Shown: piece by piece, positions 28,301 through 40,560 of the stretch
How positions within the stretch are numbered: position 1 is the stretch's first letter
Layout of the letters: the number at the start of each line of letters is the position of its first letter
Assembly (NCBI GenBank): GCA_964016885.1
Contig: OZ024750.1
Span: 38,936,001 to 39,000,000, forward strand
Reading direction: 5' to 3'
DNA: 64,000 bases
Source: Eledone cirrhosa
Taxonomy: Eukaryota
The notes under the pieces: model-generated
Told to the model about the DNA's origin: nothing
Database searches by the model: none
What the model saw: only the letters and a program-made list of their open reading frames with translations
Position numbers and translations under genes: made by a program

Positions 28301-31300
28301 GGATACCTCTACGGTGACAGTGCTTCTTGTTAACTATTACCTGGGTACCTCTACGGTGACAGTGGTTCTTGTTAACTATTACCTGGGTACCTCTATGGTG
28401 ACAGTGGTTCTTGTTAACTATTACCTGGGTACCTCTACGGTGACAGTGCTTCTTGTTAACTATTACCTGGGTACCTCTACGGTGACAGTGGTTCTTGTTA
28501 ACTATTACCTGGGTACCTCAACGGTGACAGTGGTTCTTGTTAACTATTACCTGGGTACCTCTACGGAGACAATGGTTCTTGTTAACTATTACCTGGGTAC
28601 CTCTACGGTGACAGTGGTTCTTGTTAACTATTACCTGGGTACCTCTACGATGACAGTGCTTCTTGTTAACTATTACCTGGGTACCTCTACGGAGACAATG
28701 GTTCTTGTTAACTATTACCTGGGTACCTCTACGGTGACAGTGGTTCTTGTTAACTATTACCTGGGTACCTCTACGGTGACAGTGCTTCTTGTTAACTATT
28801 ACCTGGGTACCTCTACGGTGACAGTGGTTCTTGTTAACTATTGCCTGGGTACCTCTACGGTGACAGTGCTTCTTGTTTACTATTACCTGGGTACCTCTAC
28901 GGTGACAGTTCTTCTTGTTAACTATTACCTGGGTACCTCTACGGTGACAGTGGTTCTTCTAAACTATTACCTGGGTACCTCTACGGTGACAGTTCTTCTT
29001 GTTAACTATTACCTGGGTACCTCTACGGTGACAGTGCTTCTTGTTAACTATTACCTGGGTACCTCTACGGTGACAGTGGTTCTTGTTAACTATTACCTGG
29101 GTACCTCTACGATGACAGTGCTTCTTGTTAACTATTACCTGGGTACCTCTACGGAGACAATGGTTCTTGTTAACTATTACCTGGGTACCTCTACGGTGAC
29201 AGTGGTTCTTGTTAACTATTACCTGGGTACCTCTACGGTGACAGTGGTTCTTGTTAACTATTACCTGGGTACCTCTACGGTGACAGTGGTTCTTGTTAAC
29301 TATTACCTTGGTACCTCTACGGTGACAGTGCTTCTTGTTAACTATTACCTGGGTACCTCTACGGTGACAGTGGTTCTTGTTAACTATGACCTGGGTAGCT
29401 CTACACTGACAGTTCTTCTTGTTAACTATTACCTGGGTACCTCTACGGTGACAGTGCTTCTTGTTAACTATTACCTGGGTACCTCTACGGTGACAGTTCT
29501 TCTTGTTAACTATTACCTGGGTACCTCTACGGTGACAGTGCTTCTTGTTAACTATTACCTGGGTACCTCTACGGTGACAGTTCTTCTTGTTAACTATTAC
29601 CTGGGTACCTCTACGGTGACAGTGCTTCTTGTTAACTGTTACCTGGGTACCTCTACGGTGACAGTGCTTCTTGTTAACTGTTACCTGGGTACCTCTACGG
29701 TGACAGTGGTTCTTATTAACTATTACCTGGGTACCTCTACGGTGACAGTGGTTCTTGTTAACTATTACCTGGGTACCTCTACGGTGACAATGGTTCTTGT
29801 TAACTATGACCTGGGTACCTCTACACTGACAGTGGTTCTTGTTAACTATTACCTGGGTACCTCTACGGTGACAGTGGTTCTTGTGAACTATTACCTGGGT
29901 ACCTCTACGGTGACAGTGGTTCTTGTGAACTATTACCTGGGTACCTCTACGGTGACAGTGGTTCTTGTTAACTATTACCTGGGTACCTCTACGGTGACAG
30001 TGGTTCTTGTTAACTATTACCTGGGTACCTCTACGGTGACAGTGGTTCTTGTTAACTATTACCTGGGTACCTCTACACTGACAGTGGTTCTTGTGAACTA
30101 TTACCTGGGTACCTCTACGGTGACAGTGGTTCTTGTGAACTATTACCTGGGTACCTCTACGGTGACAGTGGTTCTTGTTAACTATGACCTGGGTACCTCT
30201 ACACTGACAGTGGTTCTTGTTAACTATTACCTGGGTACCTCTACGGTGACAGTGGTTCTTGTTAACTATTACCTGGGTACCTCTACGGTGACAGTGGTTC
30301 TTGTTAACTATGACCTGGGTACCTCTACACTGACAGTGGTTCTTGTTAACTATTACCTGGGTGCCTCTAAGGTGACAGTGCTTCTTGTTAACTATTACCT
30401 GGGTACCTCTACGGTGACAGTGCTTCTTGTTAACTATTACCTGGATACCTCTACGGTGACAGTGGTTCTTGTGAACTATTACCTGGGTACCTCTACGGTG
30501 ACAGTGGTTCTTGTGAACTATTACCTGGGTACCTCTACGGTGACAGTGGTTCTTGTTAACTATTACCTGGGTACCTCTACACTGACAGTGGTTCTTGTTA
30601 ACTATTACCTGGGTACCTCTACGATGACTGCTTCTTGTTAACTATTACTTGGGTACCTCTACGGTGACAGTGGTTCTTGTTAACTATCACCTGGGTACCT
30701 CTACGGTGACAGTGGTTCTTGTTAACTATTATCTGGGTACCTCTACGGTGACAGTGGTTCTTGTTAACTATTACCTGGGTACCTCTACGGTGACAGTGGT
30801 TCTTGTTAACTATCACCTGGGTACCTCTACGGTGACAGTGGTTCTTGTTAACTATTACCTGGGTACCTCTACGATGACTGCTTCTTGCTACCTTTAACCA
30901 TTGTTAACTATTACCGGGGTACCTCTACGGTGACAGTGGTTCTTGTTAACTATTACCTGGGTACCTCTACAGTGACAGGTTCTTGTTAACTATTACCTGG
31001 GTACCTCTACGATGACTGCTTCTTGTTAACTATTACCTGGGTACCTCTACGGTGACAGTGGTACTTGTTAACTATCACCTGGGTACCTCTACGGTGACAG
31101 TGGTTCTTGTTAACTATTACCTGGGTACCTCTACGGTGACAGTGGTTCTTGTTAACTATTACCTGGGTACCTCTACGATGACTGCTTCTTGTTAACTATT
31201 ACCTGGGTACCTCTACGATGACAGTGCTTCTTGTTAACTATTACCTGGGTACCTCTACGGTGACAGTGCTTCTTGTTAACTATTACCTGGGTACCTCTAT

Positions 31301-34300
31301 GGTGAGAGTGGTTCTTGTTAACTATTACCTGGGTACCTCTACGGTGACAGTGCTTCTTGTTAACTATTACCTGGATACCTCTACGGTGACAGTGCTTCTT
31401 GTTAACTATTACCTGGGTACCTCTACGGTGACAGTGCTTCTTGTTAACTATTACCTGGGTACCTCTATGGTGACAGTGGTTCTTGTTAACTATTACCTGG
31501 GTACCTCTACGGTGACAGTGCTTCTTGTTAACTATTACCTGGGTACCTCTACGGTGACAGTGGTTCTTGTTAACTATTACCTGGGTACCTCAACGGTGAC
31601 AGTGGTTCTTGTTAACTATTACCTGGGTACCTCTACGGAGACAATGGTTCTTGTTAACTATTACCTGGGTACCTCTACGGTGACAGTGGTTCTTGTTAAC
31701 TATTACCTGGGTACCTCTACGATGACAGTGCTTCTTGTTAACTATTACCTGGGTACCTCTACGGAGACAATGCTTCTTGTTAACTATTACCTGGGTACCT
31801 CTACGGTGACAGTGGTTCTTGTTAACTATTACCTGGGTACCTCTACGGTGACAGTGCTTCTTGTTAACTATTACCTGGGTACCTCTACGGTGACAGTGGT
31901 TCTTGTGAACTATTACCTGGGTACCTCTACGGTGACAGTGGTTCTTGTTAACTATTACCTGGGTACCTCTACGGTGACAGTGGTTCTTGTTAACTATTAC
32001 CTGGGTACCTCTACGGTGACAGTGGTTCTTGTTAACTATTACCTGGGTACCTCTACGGTGACAGTGGTTCTTGTTAACTATTACCTGGGTACCTCTACAC
32101 TGACAGTGGTTCTTGTGAACTATTACCTGGGTACCTCTACGGTGACAGTGGTTCTTGTGAACTATTACCTGGGTACCTCTACGGTGACAGTGGTTCTTGT
32201 TAACTATGACCTGGGTACCTCTACACTGACAGTGGTTCTTGTTAACTATTACCTGGGTACCTCTACGGTGACAGTGGTTCTTGTTAACTATTACCTGGGT
32301 ACCTCTACGGTGACAGTGGTTCTTGTTAACTATGACCTGGGTACCTCTACACTGACAGTGGTTCTTGTTAACTATTACCTGGGTGCCTCTAAGGTGACAG
32401 TGCTTCTTGTTAACTATTACCTGGGTACCTCTACGGTGACAGTGCTTCTTGTTAACTATTACCTGGATACCTCTACGGTGACAGTGGTTCTTGTGAACTA
32501 TTACCTGGGTACCTCTACGGTGACAGTGGTTCTTGTGAACTATTACCTGGGTACCTCTACGGTGACAGTGGTTCTTGTTAACTATTACCTGGGTACCTCT
32601 ACACTGACAGTGGTTCTTGTTAACTATTACCTGGGTACCTCTACGATGACTGCTTCTTGTTAACTATTACCTGGGTACCTCTACGGTGACAGTGGTTCTT
32701 GTTAACTATCACCTGGGTACCTCTACGGTGACAGTGGTTCTTGTTAACTATTACCTGGGTACCTCTACGGTGACAGTGGTTCTTGTTAACTATTACCTGG
32801 GTACCTCTACGGTGACAGTGCTTCTTGTTAACTATTACCTGGGTACCTCTACGGTGACAGTGGTTCTTGTTAACTATCACCTGGGTACCTCTACGGTGAC
32901 AGTGGTTCTTGTTAACTATTACCTGGGTACCTCTACGATGACTGCTTCTTGCTACCTTTAACCCTTGTTAACTATTACCGGGGTACCTCTACGGTGACAG
33001 TGGTTCTTGTTAACTATTACCTGGGTACCTCTACAGTGACAGGTTCTTGTTAACTATTACCTGGGTACCTCTACGATGACTGCTTCTTTTTAACTATTAC
33101 CTGGGTACCTCTACGGTGACAGTGGTACTTGTTAACTATCACCTGGGTACCTCTACGGTGACAGTGGTTCTTGTTAACTATTACCTGGGTACCTCTACGG
33201 TGACAGTGGTTCTTGTTAACTATTACCTGGGTACCTCTACGATGACTGCTTCTTGTTAACTATTACCTGGGTACCTCTACGCTGACAGTGCTTCTTGTTA
33301 ACTATTACCTGGGTACCTCTACGGTGACAGTGGTTCTTGTTAACTATTACCTGGGTACCTCTACGGTGACAGTGGTTCTTGTTAACTATTACCTGGGTAC
33401 CTCTACGGTGACAGTGCTTCTTGTTAACTATTACCTGGGTACCTCTATGGTGACAGTGGTTCTTGTTAACTATTACCTGGGTACCTCTACGGTGACAGTG
33501 CTTCTTGTTAACTATTACCTGGATACCTCTACGGTGACAGTGCTTCTTGTTAACTATTACCTGGGTACCTCTACGGTGACAGTGGTTCTTGTTAACTATT
33601 ACCTGGGTACCTCTATGGTGACAGTGGTTCTTGTTAACTATTACCTGGGTACCTCTACGGTGACAGTGCTTCTTGTTAACTATTACCTGGGTACCTCTAC
33701 GGTGACAGTGGTTCTTGTTAACTATTACCTGGGTACCTCAACGGTGACAGTGGTTCTTGTTAACTATTACCTGGGTACCTCTACGGAGACAATGGTTCTT
33801 GTTAACTATTACCTGGGTACCTCTACGGTGACAGTGGTTCTTGTTAACTATTACCTGGGTACCTCTACGATGACAGTGCTTCTTGTTAACTATTACCTGG
33901 GTACCTCTACGGAGACAATGGTTCTTGTTAACTATTACCTGGGTACCTCTACGGTGACAGTGGTTCTTGTTAACTATTACCTGGGTACCTCTACGGTGAC
34001 AGTGCTTCTTGTTAACTATTACCTGGGTACCTCTACGGTGACAGTGGTTCTTGTTAACTATTGCCTGGGTACCTCTACGGTGACAGTGCTTCTTGTTTAC
34101 TATTACCTGGGTACCTCTACGGTGACAGTTCTTCTTGTTAACTATTACCTGGGTACCTCTACGGTGACAGTGGTTCTTCTAAACTATTACCTGGGTACCT
34201 CTACGGTGACAGTTCTTCTTGTTAACTATTACCTGGGTACCTCTACGGTGACAGTGCTTCTTGTTAACTATTACCTGGGTACCTCTACGGTGACAGTGGT

Positions 34301-35900
34301 TCTTGTTAACTATTACCTGGGTACCTCTACGATGACAGTGCTTCTTGTTAACTATTACCTGGGTACCTCTACGGAGACAATGGTTCTTGTTAACTATTAC
34401 CTGGGTACCTCTACGGTGACAGTGGTTCTTGTTAACTATTACCTGGGTACCTCTACGGTGACAGTGGTTCTTGTTAACTATTACCTGGGTACCTCTACGG
34501 TGACAGTGGTTCTTGTTAACTATTACCTTGGTACCTCTACGGTGACAGTGCTTCTTGTTAACTATTACCTGGGTACCTCTACGGTGACAGTGGTTCTTGT
34601 TAACTATGACCTGGGTAGCTCTACACTGACAGTTCTTCTTGTTAACTATTACCTGGGTACCTCTACGGTGACAGTGCTTCTTGTTAACTATTACCTGGGT
34701 ACCTCTACGGTGACAGTTCTTCTTGTTAACTATTACCTGGGTACCTCTACGGTGACAGTGCTTCTTGTTAACTATTACCTGGGTACCTCTACGGTGACAG
34801 TGCTTCTTGTTAACTATTACCTGGGTACCTCTACGGTGACAGTTCTTCTTGTTAACTATTACCTGGGTACCTCTACGGTGACAGTGCTTCTTGTTAACTG
34901 TTACCTGGGTACCTCTACGGTGACAGTGGTTCTTATTAACTATTACCTGGGTACCTCTACGGTGACAGTGGTTCTTGTTAACTATTACCTGGGTACCTCT
35001 ACGGTGACAATGGTTCTTGTTAACTATGACCTGGGTACCTCTACACTGACAGTGGTTCTTGTTAACTATTACCTGGGTACCTCTACGGTGACAGTGGTTC
35101 TTGTGAACTATTACCTGGGTACCTCTACGGTGACAGTGGTTCTTGTGAACTATTACCTGGGTACCTCTACGGTGACAGTGGTTCTTGTTAACTATTAACT
35201 GGGTACCTCTACGGTGACAGTGGTTCTTGTTAACTATTACCTGGGTACCTCTACGGTGACAGTGGTTCTTGTTAACTATTACCTGGGTACCTCTACGGTG
35301 ACAGTGGTTCTTGTTAACTATTACCTGGGTACCTCTACACTGACAGTGGTTCTTGTGAACTATTACCTGGGTATCTCTACGGTGACAGTGGTTCTTGTGA
35401 ACTATTACCTGGGTACCTCTACGGTGACAGTGGTTCTTGTTAACTATGACCTGGGTACCTCTACACTGACAGTGGTTCTTGTTAACTATTACCTGGGTAC
35501 CTCTACGGTGACAGTGGTTCTTGTTAACTATTACCTGGGTACCTCTACGGTGACAGTGGTTCTTGTTAACTATGACCTGGGTACCTCTACACTGACAGTG
35601 GTTCTTGTTAACTATTACCTGGGTGCCTCTAAGGTGACAGTGCTTCTTGTTAACTATTACCTGGGTACCTCTACGGTGACAGTGCTTCTTGTTAACTATT
35701 ACCTGGATACCTCTACGGTGACAGTGGTTCTTGTGAACTATTACCTGGGTACCTCTACGGTGACAGTGGTTCTTGTGAACTATTACCTGGGTACCTCTAC
35801 GGTGACAGTGGTTCTTGTTAACTATTACCTGGGTACCTCTACACTGACAGTGGTTCTTGTTAACTATTACCTGGGTACCTCTACGATGACTGCTTCTTGT
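25360..35900. repeat. Near-identical tandem duplication of a ~5.2 kb block (offset 5262/5220 bp)
   Basis: Private variants AACCATTG (25626/30888 copies), TATTACTTGG, TATTATCTGG, TATGGTGAGAG, GAGACAATGCTT, TGCTTCTTTTT and TATTACCTTGG are all paired. ORF starts 25956/31218 differ by 5262 and 28068/33288 by 5220 (one monomer fewer). Confidence 0.9.
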
Positions 35901-38900
35901 TAACTATTACCTGGGTACCTCTACGGTGACAGTGGTTCTTGTTAACTATCACCTGGGTACCTCTACGGTGACAGTGGTTCTTGTTAACTATTACCTGGGT
36001 ACCTCTACGGTGACAGTGCTTCTTGTTAACTATTACCTGGGTACCTCTACGGTGACAGTGGTTCTTGTTAACTATCACCTGGGTACCTCTACGGTGACAG
36101 TGGTTCTTGTTAACTATTACCTGGGTACATCTACGATGACTGCTTCTTGCTACCTTTAACCCTTGTTAACTATTACCGGGGTACCTCTACGGTGACAGTG
36201 GTTCTTGTTAACTATTACCTGGGTACCTCTACAGTGACAGGTTCTTGTTAACTATTACCTGGGTACCTCTACGATGACTGCTTCTTGTTAACTATTACCT
36301 GGGTACCTCTACGGTGACAGTGGTACTTGTTAACTATCACCTGGGTACCTCTACGGTGACAGTGGTTCTTGTTAACTATTACCTGGGTACCTCTACGGTG
36401 ACAGTGGTTCTTGTTAACTATTACCTGGGTACCTCTACGATGACTGCTTCTTGTTAACTATTACCTGGGTACCTCTACGATGACAGTGCTTCTTGTTAAC
36501 TATTACCTGGGTACCTCTACGGTGACAGTGCTTCTTGTTAACTATTACCTGGGTACCTCTACGGTGACAGTGGTTCTTGTTAACTATTACCTGGGTGCCT
36601 CTACGGTGACAGTGGTTCTTGTTAACTATTACCTGGGTACCTCTACGGTGACAGTGGTTCTTGTTAACTATTACCTGGGTACCTCTACGGTGACAGTGCT
36701 TCTTGTTAACTATTACCTGGGTACCTCTACGGTGACAGTGCTTCTTGTTAACTATTACCTGGGTACCTCTACGGTGACTGCTTCTTGTTATCTATTACCT
36801 GGGTATATCTACGGTGACAGTGCTTCTTGTTAACTATTACCTGGGTACCTCTACGATGACAGTGCTTCTTGTTAACTATTACCTGGGTACCTCTACGGTG
36901 ACAGTGCTTCTTGTTAACTATTACCTGGGTACCTCTACGATGACTGCTTCTTGTTAACTATTACCTGGGTACCTCTACGGTGACAGTGGTTCTTGTTAAC
37001 TATTACCTGGGTACCTCTACGGTGACAGTGGTTCTTGTTAACTATTACCTGGGTACCTCTACGATGACTGCTTCTTGTTAACTATTACCTGGGTACCTCT
37101 ACGGTGACAGTGGTTCTTGTTAACTATTACCTGGGTACCTCTACGATGACTGCTTCTTGTTAACTATTACCTGGGTACCTCTACGATGACTGCTTCTTGT
37201 GAACTATTACCTGGGTACCTCTACGGTGACAGTGGTTCTTGTTAACTATTACCTGGGTACCTCTACGATGACTGCTTCTTGTTAACTATTACCTGGGTAC
37301 CTCTACGGTGACAGTGGTTCTTGTTAACTATTACCTGGGTACCTCTACGGTGACAGTGGTTCTTGTTAACTATTACCTGGGTACCTCTACGATGACTGCT
37401 TCTTGTTAACTATTACCTGGGTACCTCTACGGTGACAGTGGTACTTGTTAACTATTACCTGGGTACCTCTACGATGACTGCTTCTTGTTAACTATAACCT
37501 GGGTACCTCTAAGGTGACAGTGGTTCTTGTTAACTATTACCTGGGTACCTCTACGGTGACAGTGGTTCTTGTTAACTATTACCTGGGTACCTCTACACTG
37601 ACAGTGGTTCTTGTTAACTATTACCTGGGTACCTCTACGATGACTGCTTCTTGTTAACTATTACCTGGGTACCTCTACGGTGACAGTGGTTCTTGTTAAC
37701 TATCACCTGGGTACCTCTACGGTGACAGTGGTTCTTGTTAACTATTACCTGGGTACCTCTACGGTGACAGTGGTTCTTGTTAACTATTACCTGGGTACCT
37801 CTACGGTGACAGTGCTTCTTGTTAACTATTACCTGGGTACCTCTACGGTGACAGTGGTTCTTGTTAACTATCACCTGGGTACCTCTACGGTGACAGTGGT
37901 TCTTGTTAACTATTACCTGGGTACCTCTACGATGACTGCTTCTTGCTACCTTTAACCCTTGTTAACTATTACCGGGGTACCTCTACGGTGACAGTGGTTC
38001 TTGTTAACTATTACCTGGGTACCTCTACGTTGACAGTGCTTCTTGTTAACTATTACCTGGGTACCTCTACACTGACAGTGGTTCTTGTTAACTATTACCT
38101 GGGTACCTCTACGATGACTGCTTCTTGTTAACTATTACCTGGGTACCTCGACGGTGACAGCGCTTCTTGTTAACTATTACCTGGGTATATCTACGGTGAC
38201 AGTGCTTCTTGTTAACTATTACCTGGGTACCTCTACGGTGACAGTGGTTCTTGTGAACTATTACCTGGGTACCTCTACGGTGACAGTGGTTCTTGTTAAC
38301 TATTACCTGGGTACCTCTACGGTGACAGTGGTTCTTGTTAACTATTACCTGGGTACCTCTACGGTGACAGTGGTTCTTGTTAACTATTACCTGGGTACCT
38401 CTACGGTGACAGTGGTTCTTGTTAACTATTACCTGGGTACCTCTACGGTGACAGTGGTTCTTGTTAACTATTACCTGGGTACCTCTACACTGACAGTGGT
38501 TCTTGTTAACTATTACCTGGGTACCTCTACGGTGACAGTGGTTCTTGTTAACTATTACCTGGGTACCTCTACGGTGACAGTGGTTCTTGTTAACTATGAC
38601 CTGGGTACCTCTACGGTGACAGTGGTTCTTTTTAACTATTACCTGGGTACCTCTACGGTGACAGTGCTTCTTGTTAACTATTACCTGGGTACCTCTACGG
38701 TGACAGTGCTTCTTGTTAACTATTACCTGGATACCTCTACGGTGACAGTGGTTCTTGTGAACTATTACCTGGGTACCTCTACGGTGACAGTGATTCTTGT
38801 GAACTATTACCTGGGTACCTCTACGGTGACAGTGGTTCTTGTTAACTGTTACCTGGGTACCTCTACACTGACAGTGGTTCTTGTTAACTATTACCTGGGT

Positions 38901-39849
38901 ACCTCTACGATGACTGCTTCTTGTTAACTATTACCTGGGTGCCTCTACGGTGACAGTGGTTCTTGTTAACTATCACCTGGGTACCTCTACGGTGACAGTG
39001 GTTCTTGTTAACTATTACCTGGGTACCTCTACGGTGACAGTGGTTCTTGTTAACTATTACCTGGGTACCTCTACGGTGACAGTGCTTCTTGTTAACTATT
39101 ACCTGGGTACCTCTACGGTGACAGTGGTTCTTGTTAACTATCACCTGGGTACCTCTACGGTGACAGTGGTTCTTGTTAACTATTACCTGGGTACCTCTAC
39201 GATGACTGCTTCTTGCTACCTTTAACCCTTGTTAACTATTACCGGGGTACCTCTACGGTGACAGTGGTTCTTGTTAACTATTACCTGGGTACCTCTACAG
39301 TGACTGGTTCTTGTTAACTATTACCTGGGTACATCTACGATGACTGCTTCTTGTTAACTATTACCTGGGTACCTCTACGGTGACAGTGGTACTTGTTAAC
39401 TATCAACTGGGTACCTCTACGGTGACAGTGGTTCTTGTTAACTATTACCTGGTTACCTCTACGGTGACAGTGGTTCTTGTTAACTATTACCTGGGTACCT
39501 CTACGATGACTGCTTCTTGTTAACTATTACCTGGGTACCTCTACGATGACAGTGCTTCTTGTTAACTATTACCTGGGTACCTCTACGGTGACAGTGCTTC
39601 TTGTTAACTATTACCTGGGTACCTCTACGGTGACAGTGGTTCTTGTTAACTATTACCTGGGTACCTCTACGGTGACAGTGGTTCTTATTAACTATTACCT
39701 GGGTACCTCTACGGTGACAGTGGTTCTTGTTAACTATTACCTGGGTACCTCTACGGTGACAGTGCTTCTTGTTAACTATTACCTGGGTACCTCTACGGTG
39801 ACAGTGGTTCTTGTTAACTATTACCTGGGTACCTCTACGGTGATAGTGG

Positions 39850-40560
39850 TTCTTGTTAACTATTACCTGGGTACCTCTACGGTGACAGTGGTTCTTGTTA
39901 ACTATTACCTGGGTACCTCTAAGGTGACAGTGGTTCTTGTGAACTATTACCTGGGTACCTCTACGGTGACAGTGGTTCTTATTAACTATTAGCTGGGTAC
40001 CTCTACGGTGACAGTGGTTCTTGTTAACTATTACCTGGGTACCTCTACGATGACAGTGGTTCTTGTTAACTATTACCTGGGTACCTCTACGGTGAAAGTG
40101 GTTCTTGTTAACTATTACCTGGGTACCTCTACGGTGACAGTGCTTCTTGTTAACTATTACCTGGGTACCTCTACGGTGAGAGTGGTTCTTGTTAACTATT
40201 ACCTGGGTACCTCTACGGTGACAGTGGTTCTTGTTAACTATTACCTGGGTACCTCTAAGGTGACAGTGGTTCTTGTGAACTATTACCTGGGTACCTCTAC
40301 GGTGACAGTGGTTCTTATTAACTATTAGCTGGGTACCTCTACGGTGACAGTGGTTCTTGTTAACTATTACCTGGGTACCTCTACGATGACAGTGGTTCTT
40401 GTTAACTATTACCTGGGTACCTCTACGGTGAAAGTGGTTCTTGTTAACTATTACCTGGGTACCTCTACGGTGACAGTGCTTCTTGTTAACTATTACCTGG
40501 GTACCTCTACGGTGAGAGTGGTTCTTGTTAACTATTACCTGGGTACCTCTACGGTGACAG
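39850..40560. repeat. 8-monomer (336 bp) unit duplicated in tandem
   Basis: TATTAG stop variant ends at 39992 and 40328. The series TCTAAGG, GTGAAC, ATTAACTATTAGC, ACGATG, GTGAAAG, GTGAGAG is repeated in order. Confidence 0.9.
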
